Of a stretch of 64,000 nt of DNA, positions 53,503 to 64,000 are shown in pieces (position 1 is the first letter of the stretch; each line of letters opens with the position of its first letter). The notes beneath the pieces were generated by a model. That model was not told the origin of the DNA and ran no database searches. It saw nothing but the letters and a program-made list of their open reading frames with translations. Made by a program: the position numbers and the translations under genes. Source of the stretch: an uncultured Verrucomicrobiae bacterium. Its GTDB lineage: Bacteria > Verrucomicrobiota > Verrucomicrobiia > Limisphaerales > Palsa-1400. The stretch covers positions 5,952,001 through 6,016,000 of the forward strand of contig OY969763.1 in assembly GCA_963702845.1 (NCBI GenBank), given 5' to 3'.

Positions 53503-55041
<1,539 letters not shown>

Positions 55042-55071
55042 TTTTTTGAAGGAGTTGAACAACACTAGTTA

Positions 55072-55351
55072 AAACTGATAGGAAATTGCTTTTTGACGCT
55101 GGCGCGGTTAAGGGAGAATTGCTTTTCACAATGTCTCATTTTTTGAGGATGCTGCGCCCGTAGAAACGTTCAGTCAAGTGACCTTACGCATTCCGGTGCA
55201 TCGCTTACGGTCCTGACGACTGCGGTGGTCAATTTGGAGCCAAAAACGGCTCGGTCGAGGCAGACCCCAACCGTTTCCAAAAAACCGATAGGAAATCGCT
55301 TTTGGACGCTGGCGCGGTTAATTGCAAAAAGGATTTCGCGCGAAGGTTTCG
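55072..55351. repeat. 280-bp dispersed leader element, copy 1, with internal 40-bp direct repeats (55072-55111, 55282-55321)
   Basis: Colinear match to 63459-63739. Confidence 0.9.
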
Positions 55352-55390
55352 AACCGCCGACTGGGAATCGGGGCTCGCTCCGCTCGGGGA

Positions 55391-55485
55391 GCGAAGAGCG
55401 CGAACATTATGGGATAAGGGATAGACCGCGCCGGGATACTCGATCCGTAACGGACGAGGGTGACGAGACGATTTCAAAAAAACGG
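55391..55485 (-). pseudogene. N-terminal remnant of a Y1 (IS200/RAYT-like) transposase
   Basis: Minus strand encodes RPLRIEYPGAVY, the typical start of this family; TGACCCC-type motifs nearby at 55544, 55585 and 55620. Confidence 0.65.
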
Positions 55486-55682
55486 TTGCTTACCAATTTC
55501 CAAAAACGTCGATTTGATACGCGAGCACGTCATCAACATCCGGTGACCCCCATCCGCTGACGCATCAAATCCGCTGTCATCTCCTGACCCCCATCACCTG
55601 TCACTTGGCCACTTAGAACCGACCCCTTTATGGGCCGGCTGGAAACCAGCGTTCCGAATCGTCAAGCCCAAGCGTATCAATA

Positions 55683-55705
55683 GCTGCCGGCTTTAGACCG
55701 GCAGC
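55683..55705. terminator. GC-rich hairpin downstream of the rhodanese gene
   Basis: GCTGCCGG-ctttaga-CCGGCAGC; weak U-tract. Confidence 0.45.
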
Positions 55706-55720
55706 CATGAGCAAAGGCAA

Positions 55721-56110
55721 TTAATTAGCTGCCTCGGTCTTTTCGCCGGCGTCTTTCCAGCCTGCGATGCCGACGGTCAGGTGCTTAACGTTTGTATAGC
55801 CGAGCTTTTTGGCCGCGACTGCAGCTTGGTGGTAAGCCTGGCAACGGGAATTTCCGCAGTAAGCGATGATCTCTGCGTTTTTGTCCTTGGGCAACACGGA
55901 CGCCAGAATGTCCTTATTTGCAATGTAGTCGACAGCGCCAGGAATATGGCCTTTTTGCCATGATTCGGTGCCATTAACGTCGAGCAAGGTTGCGTTCTTG
56001 GAAGCAACTGCAGCTTTAACGTCGGCGACCGAAACATCGGGGAATTCGGCCGCATACACACCGGCCACGATCGAGAATAGTGCAAAGATGGATAAGAGTC
56101 GTTTAATCAT
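55721..56110 (-). CDS. Exported rhodanese-domain protein
   Basis: Signal peptide, LLDV, GHIPGA, YC and G..GW. Confidence 0.9.
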   Translation of the reverse strand: MIKRLLSIFALFSIVAGVYAAEFPDVSVADVKAAVASKNATLLDVNGTESWQKGHIPGAVDYIANKDILASVLPKDKNAEIIAYCGNSRCQAYHQAAVAAKKLGYTNVKHLTVGIAGWKDAGEKTEAAN

Positions 56111-56277
56111 GGCATAACATTAATTTGATATACAGACTTCGCAAGTTTTCTTGGGCTCCCTTCTCCGCCGTCTCCTACATTACTTGGTAGCAGCCGATGT
56201 AAGGGGGCAAGGGAAAAAAAGGCCAAACGGACACCCGGATTGCAGTCAAGCGTGTGAACGCAGCCACAGCATTACAT

Positions 56278-57517
56278 TCAAATACGGGTGCCCAGATTTA
56301 GCTCTGATGCGTTAAGTGAAAAACTCGAAGATAAACCGCGCGCTCGTAAATGCGGCGTATTGCTGCCACATGTCTCCTTACGTTTATCCGCGAAGTCTGA
56401 TACTCATTTTAGCAACAAGGATTCTCGGACGAGGTGCAGTAGCCAAATGAGCAGCGTGAAAAACGCCAAAAGCCTCCATCTCTAAACCAACAACTTTCCG
56501 AGATTTGCTAAGAATGTCATCGACGAGCGTCGGGTCTTGCACAACGGCTGCTCCCGAAGCCAGCAAGCCGACAATGAGTTTCGGAATTCTGGTAAAGAGG
56601 CGTTGGCCAAGCACGACGAATTACATCCATCCGAGGCTGGTCGCGCTCCCACTGCTGAAGTAATGGGTGAAGCTCAGGATCGATTCGCAACTGGGTATGA
56701 CTTGGGGTAAATACTCTCCCGTTGTCCGTTTCTGCGATCTTTCCCGAGCCATAGTCGTATGCGGCTTCTGCGACGAGAATGTCTCCGTACTGTTGTTCTT
56801 TGTTGGTCCAGCCGCAATGCCAGTCATAACCAAAAACCGAGGGCGCCAACGTTCGATAACCTTGCATGCAGTAATTGCGGCCGCTGTCATCCCATTGTAG
56901 GTGCAGCAGAGGCGACGACCGAGATTTTAGTGCCGTAACACGTTTTCCAAGCCGATGAATAGTAATGTAATGCGTCGGCTTGATTGTATTCGCAGTTTCT
57001 TATCCCAGGCGTTTTCAGTAATTCGCGGAGTTCGACTTGCGGCGAAGACGTAACGATCGCGACGTCGGTCTTATACGCTCTCGGGCGGATTTCTGCATCA
57101 TGCAGTCTCGCTGCTACGAATCGAGCTTTACTGGTGAGCGATTCGCGCGGAATCACTTGTTTCGTCATAGACAACTACATGGACCAGTTTTTTTTCAGCA
57201 TCGGTTCGAAGTGTCGTCGCCGCCTCTGAAAATGCCGTTAGACAGATAATGTGCGATGGTGGATGACAGGCGGATCCATCCAGAAGCTCCGAAAGCACTT
57301 GCTTGCCTGCTGTCCCGCTCGGTGCTTCTCCGTCCCGCACTGGCATGACCAAATCCAAAATTAAAAGATCAAAAACTTCCTCTTCGAGTTGTTTCACAGC
57401 ACCTCGGAAGCTTTTACTGCGTCGAATGTCGACGGGCCTAGTGGCTAATGCGGCACGCAGTACCGACTCTACGGCAGCCGCTTTAGCGTCAGTATCATCT
57501 GCTATCAGAACTTTCAT
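56278..57517 (-). CDS. dtcC: Detocs DtcC-like effector: receiver domain fused to PNP/nucleosidase domain; multiple frameshifts
   Basis: Fragments MKVLIADD..DLLILD (REC), MGMTAAA..I....PRF..MTGIAAG, YGDILV....DYGSGK, ASG..V, GLEMEAFG and SDFAD..K...WQ.YAA. Confidence 0.75.
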
Positions 57518-57971
57518 GTTGCTGTTTGATTGATTTCAGCATTGCGGTCAACTTTCCTTGCCACGTTGAGTCCACGTTACTGTAGTAAATCCCACCATAG
57601 AATAGGGTTGGATATGTTTGTTTCAGTTGATTCAGTAAAACAGTGAGATTTACCGAGTTTGGCCCCTCGCCGAAGTGATCGAACTGCGTCACGACGACGA
57701 CTTTGGAATTGATGTCTTCCAGGTTCATTTCCGCAAGAATCTCACGACCTCCGAAAATTCTTGTGCGCCCCTCTAGTCGCCCATCCGTTCGTTCGGAAGT
57801 AGGAAGCGTCATATCCAACAACAGGAGATCAGGGCGTGTCTCGCGGATCGCACCCAGCCCTGTTTGAAACGAGCGTGCTATTTCTACTTCACACGCAATC
57901 CCTAGGTCTTTAACTAACGACTGAAGTGCTTGAATCTTGTAGTCGGAGTCATCGATGATTAGAACTTTCAT
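57495..57971 (-). CDS. dtcB: Detocs DtcB-like stand-alone receiver protein
   Basis: MKVLIIDD..K, DLLLLDMTLP, FGGREIL and VVVTQFD; overlaps both neighbours. Confidence 0.8.
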   Translation of the reverse strand: MKVLIIDDSDYKIQALQSLVKDLGIACEVEIARSFQTGLGAIRETRPDLLLLDMTLPTSERTDGRLEGRTRIFGGREILAEMNLEDINSKVVVVTQFDHFGEGPNSVNLTVLLNQLKQTYPTLFYGGIYYSNVDSTWQGKLTAMLKSIKQQHESSDSR

Positions 57972-60900
57972 GCCGCTAAAGCTCCCACATCACACGTAAC
58001 TGTCACAAGCACGTTACAATCCTTGCTTGTAGCCGTAACTACCGGGACGATTTGTTTAAATTCATATAATAGCGCTGCGATGATTTTGGCAAACCCACTG
58101 CCTCCTTCTTTGACTACCTTAGCGGGTTCAAGTTTTGCTTTAAGCTCTAACAGGATTTGCATAATCGTTTGTGCCGCAGCTGAGGCGCAGGCTGGCGAGG
58201 TCATTGGGCTATGCACGCAAAGCTCTATGTCGCCCTTTTCACCAGAAATGGTTAATTTCGACTGAAAAGATTCTCGGCTTACGTCCGAATGATGTAGAGC
58301 ATTTTCGACCAAAAAGAATAGGATGTGGACCAAGGTCGTAAAGTGGCGCCCTCTGACTCGATATGGCGACGTTACTTCCACAACATGCCTGCCACGGAAC
58401 TCGGGATTCAGTTGCTCGACCATTCCGACGGCGGTTCTTGCGGCCAATTCGAAGCTTGCATCGCCCATAAGTGTAGCGTCTGCATCTTGAAACCACGCTC
58501 TCATTTCATCGCAGAGTCGCTCTGTATCGTGACGGCACGCGGCGAGAGTGTTTCTAAGGGGTGCGAGATTCATTCCGCCCAATGTCTCCGGTAACATCCC
58601 AAGAACGTCATCGACGGCAATACGAAGTCGTACCCGTAATTCAACCTCTATCAAACATCTTACATTTCGCAGACTGCTGCGGGTCCTTTCTAACAAGACA
58701 TCGAAAACACCATCTAAAAATGTATCTACCGATCCGGTATCGGGCATTCGTGCAAGGACCCGCTGCAATTGGTCGTCGGTAAATTGATAGTCAAATACGC
58801 CGCCGAGGTTTCTCGTTTCGGTTTTTGAGTGGAGCCAGATGTTTTTGACCTCCTCCGCAATCGTGTTGATTTGTTCAGTGAGAACATACAAAAGATTCAT
58901 TACGTACGAGAGTTCGTCAGTCTTTTCCTGCAGTGCGAGACGCGTGCGCCAATACTCTTCTATTTTTCGTTGTTCTGGAGAATCCTTCCGAACAGCTAAC
59001 TTCCGCTCGACGAACGGCTTTCTGATGTGCTGAATCACGATTCCGTGGCGAATTCGGCCACTAAGGCTCGCTTTATTCCGAAATGCGGACTTGAGACAAA
59101 AGCATCTCGAATTTCCCGAAATGCGAGTGAAAAAGCTATAACTGCGGATTCGTGACGTGCCGCGAAAGGCTCAGGTTGAACGCGAATTGAGGCGTTACGG
59201 GCAAAAGGAGATAGGCGATTTTGTAGGTCGTCTTTAACTTGGGTTGCGACCAGGTCGCGCTGAGCTACGAACCGAAAGTATGCGTCGGTGAATCGCCGTT
59301 GTTCGGCTTCGCGAAGCGCTGCAACGTTTACCATGACGCGAGTCCTCCTTCTATTTTTTCCAGAGCTTCACGTAGCTGGGCATGTTGGGTTACGCGCAAA
59401 ATCTCGGTTTCAGCAACGCGATCGAAATTCGGTGCGTGTTTTGTGATCCAATTTAATAATACCAGTTGCTCTGACTCGACTTTTTCGACCGAACTCAAAT
59501 CGTTGAGAGAATCGATCACTTCAGGCGTAAACACTCGCAACAGCAATACGGCAAGAGCACGCTGGTCAAGGCCTTCGATATTGCAAAGTTCCGATGGTAT
59601 TTTGACGTTCAACTTTCGTAGGTACCTTTTCAAAGCGAGAGAAACCTCGTGCGGATCATCACAAGCGAGGTACGCGACAATCGGGAACTCTATCTGTAGG
59701 CTAGCTTGTTCTTTATTGTCGAGACACGTGTCAAAAATGCGCTTCATTGACACTCGACGAATCGATTGCGGCGATTCAGGAACGTTTGGACGAGTATACG
59801 CTGCATTTGGACGACATCACCCTTAATACGGTAAATGTCGATCAATGCTCTTCTAGCTTCTTCCACTGCATACGGTGAAAGCGGGCTATCGGGATTCTCC
59901 TCTTGAAGCCTGAGATAGTGATTAAGATGCCGTAGAGCCTCAGTATATAAATTTCGTCGCGCCGCAGCAAGTCCTGCGAAAAAGTGGTGACGAAAAGCAG
60001 GAATCGTCTCGCAATTCTGGAGTTTTTCAACCTGAATCCCTTCCGATATCTGAAAGAAAAACTGCATCGACGTGCTCGATGAAAAACTTTGAAGGCACTG
60101 AGCGAGATACTTGTTGTTTACCTCTGGCGGATAACCGTATTCGAAATTTCGGGGGCCATGTAACCCGAACGTGAACGCAGCCCTTCGGGGCCATTTCTGA
60201 TCTGGCAACGGCGAGGAATGAAGCGCATGCAGGGACCGAAGTCCATCACTCATTGTAAACACCCGAAATCGGCTGCCGAACCGTCGCAAATAACCAAGCG
60301 AATCTTCTGACTGTTGGTTTTTAGAAAAAACATTTAGCAAATGCTGACGGAGCAACACTTCAGGAGAATTTCCCACGAAGATCTCTGAGTCACCCGCATA
60401 CATTGCCGCCTTTGTGGCTAGCTCTTGATCTCCTATAAAGAACGGATGGCTGTGAGCGAGATTCCTTGCTGCCTTTAAGCTACCAACGTAGTCACTTGCT
60501 AGGTACTTGTCCCAAGCTTCAACTAACCCCTGTGTCTCGGTTGAGGGTGTTATACCGCTGTTTTCCGACACGCAGTCGCCAATGTATTTAAGGATCGGAT
60601 CCTGTATCGGAGTGGTAAGCCTAATCACAGCTCGGCCCAGTTTTACCGCCTCATTATGCTGAGAACCGTAGGCTGTTGCTGTCAATCGAAGGAAGAACTC
60701 GTATCGGTCGATTAATGGACACGCTTCAGAATGGGATAACATATCAGCGACTGACCATGATTCCGCACAGTCCTCTAACACAAATAGGTCCAAAAACACT
60801 CGCAGCGAGTCGGTATTGCATGAAACATAACTTCGAATCGTTTGTCTGAAGTGCTCCTCGGGGAGTGCTGTGTCACTTGCAATCCCAAAAATCCGTGTAA

Positions 60901-61414
60901 ACACTGGAAGTGAAGTTCCGAATTGTTGTTCGTCTTGATCAAAGCTATCCACCAATTCTGAGCGACTTTTTGCACCCCGCGCCTCTTGAACAAGTAGGAT
61001 ACGCCAAAATATTCCCCACAACGTTGGGCCAAAGCATTTATGATGTTCCTTCAAGATTTTGTCAGCGCTGTCCCAATTTCCTCGTAACATCGCGGTTACA
61101 AATTCGGTACGCTTTAACGCGTGGGCACTAAGCTTTGACGCGTGAACGTGAGCCAATGCAGAGAACCAATTCACAGCTTTTTGAGAGTTAGTGATTCGTG
61201 GCATCCCTCCCGGAACCCAAAGTTCGTTGAATCGTTGCGGAAAGCAGCGGCCGGTAAAAAACTGCTGAACCCTCGGATTCTCGAAGCTGAGCGTTGAAAG
61301 AACCTCAATTTGTTCCCGAATGTCGGCCTTCGCCCTCAGATAGCGTGCCGCGCGAGCCGCATCAACGTCGCTCGTTCGCAGCGCTAACAATATTTGCGTT
61401 GGTGAATAAATCAT
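57968..61414 (-). CDS. dtcA: Detocs DtcA-like large cytoplasmic sensor (helical/TPR-like N-terminus, HATPase C-terminus), split into four ORFs by frameshifts
   Basis: Abutting ORFs 59744..61414, 59328..59753, 59035..59334 and 57968..59038; SLSGRIRHG near 59045; ENALHHS and EGGSGFAKI GHKL motifs; no TM helix. Confidence 0.72.
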
Positions 61415-61657
61415 AACCCGGACCCTTCACACGTGAGCCTCACGTTCATTTGACAGGCGGTCTGGAGGCGCGTCAGTTTAGGGGAATAGGGGCGGTGTCG
61501 CAACTGTTGTTTGGTCGGCGACTTCGCACGTCGACAGTCCCCAACTTTCCTTTTCCCCGCGCGGCCGTCGCGAGACAACAAATCAGTGCAATCCGTGGTT
61601 GGTCCGAAACCGACGTTCATACGAGGCGGACGTTCATGCGAGGCCGACGTTCGGCCT

Positions 61658-61729
61658 TGTAACGGGTCCGCAGAGCGTCTGTAACGCCTTTTGTAACGGG
61701 TCAAACCCCCTGGAAGGATGGGGGTGGGA
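61658..61729 (+). repeat. Dispersed TGTAAC-repeat element, short copy
   Basis: Matches 43585-43702 but lacks the central segment. Confidence 0.72.
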
Positions 61730-61859
61730 TCCGCGTTCCCTTTTTCGATATTCGATATTCGATAGCCAAGTGGTAACAGCATCGCTCGATGCATTGATCA
61801 AGGAATCGTGCCAGCCCTGACGCGGGGAAGATCGTCCGAGGTATCCGCCGCCTGGTAGA

Positions 61860-62204
61860 AGGCCCCTGCTCGATATTGACGGGCGTCGTGTCGGTCTGCG
61901 CGTTACCCAGGATCCATGAACTCGCGAGCGCGGGCGACCCGTTGGGCGGCAGGTAGTCCCTGTTATCGCCAACGTACATGTGATAACAGAATTGAAGTTG
62001 CCTCATGTTGCCGAGGCACTGGATGGTTCTGGCTTTGGCTTTGGCCCGGGCCAACGCTGGTAATAACAGGGAGGCCAGGATCGCGATGATCGCAATGACT
62101 ACCAGCAACTCGATGAGCGTGAAGCCTGGGAACGGGCCTGGCGTACAAATCGCGTGTGTGCTCCCGCTGACGCACCTTTTCTTTGCTGTGCGAAGAAGGT
62201 TCAT
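61860..62204 (-). pseudogene. Truncated prepilin-type N-terminal cleavage/methylation domain protein (PVC-type)
   Basis: [29 protein letters not shown]...C..N.RQ; similarity appears to end after NIEQG and the frame runs into repeat DNA. Confidence 0.75.
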
Positions 62205-62347
62205 TCGTATTGCTGACGTCTGCTTTAAAGACGATGAATCAAGCGACAGAAGGAGGCGATTGAAATCTGGCGATCTCCGAATTGGTTTTTCTGGTGGGAC
62301 TAAGCTTGGCGGATTGAAAATGGTGCAGTGTCAATAGTTAGGACTGA

Positions 62348-62767
62348 TAAGCATTAAGGGCGCTGGCTGAGGAAGGTCTCCTCGCGGTAGAACGTTGTTT
62401 GTCCGACGAAAGACAAAACAACAAACCGAAGGGAGACCCTATGAAGCGTAGTTTAATGGCTGCCATCGACCTGCACAGTAATAATTTATTTTGCGGCATC
62501 GTCGATGCGCAGGGCCGACATGTGTTCGATAAAAAACTTCCCGGGATGGGCGCGCGGCTGGAAAAGCAAAAGAACCTTAAAAAGCAGGCCGGCGCTAGAT
62601 CCTGATGGTGACTGACCGGATCGCTTCAACCGAGGCGATTACGAATCAGACGAATGAAAAGATGGGTTCGAATGCAGCTTGCAAAAAATCGGCAGCTATA
62701 GAGAAACTCAATTTAAAAATTGAGAACAGCAACATTTTGCCTTATTGACACGCGCCCTAATGGGTGA
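62348..62767 (+). mobile_element. Internally deleted IS110-family (IS1111-type) element
   Basis: Subterminal inverted repeats CATTAAGGGCGC (62352-62363) and GCGCCCTAATG (62752-62762); TGA core on both sides; transposase stub AIDLHSNN....IVD..G at 62441-62542; TTGACA at 62745. Confidence 0.78.
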
Positions 62768-63458
62768 CACCTGGTCGTCCGCCGCCTCGCAATTGAGCGA
62801 TGTATTGCAATTCGTGCAGCGCCTTTTCGTCGCGCGGGTCCAGTTGGAGGCATCTCTGGTACAGGCTCTCGGCGTCGTCCAATTTACCGAGTTCGACCAT
62901 TACGAATGCCTCGCCTCTCCACGCGCGTCGCCGGGCGACATTACCGTTGCCATCATTTTCGGGTGTACGGAGCGCTACCTTGGCGAAACACTCAAGAGCT
63001 TTATCCCAGACACGGGTCCGTTGATAAGCGTAACCAAGCTCGCATAAGAATTCGGCGTTCCCCGGCGAAAGGGCCGCCGCCATGTTCATATGTTCGATCG
63101 CCTGATCGATGTTTCCTTGTTCGACAGCGATGAAACCCTTGACAAAGTAGGCGTGCGCATACCCGAATGAGACCACGATTGCCGTCACATTATCCATGGC
63201 GGCCTGGCCCAGACAGCAGATCGTGTCCAGCGCTCCTTCGGCACAGTAAACCCGCTCTTTTCTGGTTCCGTATAGTTTTTCGAACTCACGAATTACCGGA
63301 TTGATGAAATCATCCAGAACTGCTTGAAATTTTCGCTCGCGCACGATCATCTGCCAGACTTGCTGATTGTGCGCGCGATATCGGTCGAGATGGGGAGATT
63401 CCGATGGCGAGCCAGGTGCCGGATCGCTATTTCCACCGGGAGGCTGTGATAGATTCAT
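62757..63458 (-). CDS. TPR-repeat protein
   Basis: Three TPR-like units (AYFVKG.., ELGYAY.., AWRG..); the stop codon is supplied by the IS right end. Confidence 0.8.
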   Translation of the reverse strand: MNLSQPPGGNSDPAPGSPSESPHLDRYRAHNQQVWQMIVRERKFQAVLDDFINPVIREFEKLYGTRKERVYCAEGALDTICCLGQAAMDNVTAIVVSFGYAHAYFVKGFIAVEQGNIDQAIEHMNMAAALSPGNAEFLCELGYAYQRTRVWDKALECFAKVALRTPENDGNGNVARRRAWRGEAFVMVELGKLDDAESLYQRCLQLDPRDEKALHELQYIAQLRGGGRPGVTH

Positions 63459-63739
63459 AAACTGATAGGAAATTGCTTTTGGACGCTGGCGCGGTTAAAG
63501 GAGAATTGCTTTTCACAACAACTCATTTTTGGTGATGCTGTGTCTGGGGAGGCATTGAGTTAAGGTGACTATGCGCATCCCGGCGCATCGCTTACGGTTC
63601 TGACGAATGCGGCGGTCAATAAGGAGTCAAAAAACGCCTCGATTGAGGCAGACCCCAACCGTTTCCAAAAAACCGATAGGAAATCGCTTTTTGACGCTGA
63701 CGCGGTTAATTGCAAAAAGGATTTCGCGCGAAGGTTTCG
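63459..63739. repeat. 280-bp dispersed leader element, copy 2, with internal 40-bp direct repeats (63459-63498, 63670-63709)
   Basis: Colinear match to 55072-55351; abuts the ATG of the TPR gene. Confidence 0.9.
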
Positions 63740-63802
63740 TTGTTCATGTGTGCTGGTCCCTAGTTCACACGTTCAGACACCACTTTGACGCCAAGGAAAC
63801 AG

Positions 63803-63950
63803 ACCTCCTCTCCCGTGCCCTCTCCTCCATCTGAATGGAGGAGAGGGAGGAGTTTTGGTTTGGGTGCATTAACCGGGGGGTGGCGTCGAATCGGCTCCCC
63901 AGCCGACTCGCCTTACCCCCGGCTATTTTCATTTCGCCCCTGCAGGGCTC
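63803..63950. repeat. Cluster of palindromic intergenic repeats
   Basis: CCCTCTCCTCCAT-ctga-ATGGAGGAGAGGG hairpin and a GCCCCTGCAGGGCT palindrome. Confidence 0.55.
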
Positions 63951-64000
63951 TTGGGTCAGGACAACCGTCCCCGGTTGTTGAGAGTTAGTTGACAAGATAT

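Noticed and set aside
55072..55111. Classical integron attI/attC sites
   Set aside because: TAAC...GTT is present, but there is no attC-length hairpin, no proper GTTRRRY core and no intI in the window.
55340..55360. tRNA genes at GGTTCGA motifs (also 13631 and 62665)
   Set aside because: No cloverleaf or acceptor stem can be built around them.
61610..61652. CRISPR array
   Set aside because: These are 17-bp tandem units without unique spacers and there are no cas genes. The 40-bp leader repeats also lack array spacing.

Overview
64 kb of bacterial chromosome. Protein families and intergenic repeat style suggest Verrucomicrobiota (Pedosphaera/Limisphaerales-like); this is an inference. Bases 1-50,300 are mostly core or housekeeping genes: ECF sigma fragment, coaC, a sensor kinase with a sigma54 response regulator, obgE, uvrB, a TMTC-like TPR protein, GH9, argD-argF, mqnE-mqnA, dsbD, a porin, a CusA/CzcA-type RND pump, aspC, SMUG1 and a partial nuoH-J-K-L-M cluster. 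A c-di-AMP (ydaO-class) riboswitch sits in front of an SPFH-domain gene. Bases 50,300-64,000 are an accessory mosaic. They hold an intact orphan terminase small/large pair with no portal or capsid genes, a collagen/peptidase-S74 secreted protein, and a frameshift-riddled Detocs-type anti-phage system (dtcABC). They also hold a truncated pilin-like gene and an internally deleted IS1111-type element inserted exactly into a 23-bp hairpin motif, whose empty copy lies in the same window. Two unrelated genes share a 280-bp leader and end at that same hairpin, which is a cassette-like architecture and the best candidate here for an undescribed system. Several single-indel frameshifts in core genes suggest an uncorrected long-read assembly. 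All calls come from reading the sequence and translations by eye; no searches were run.
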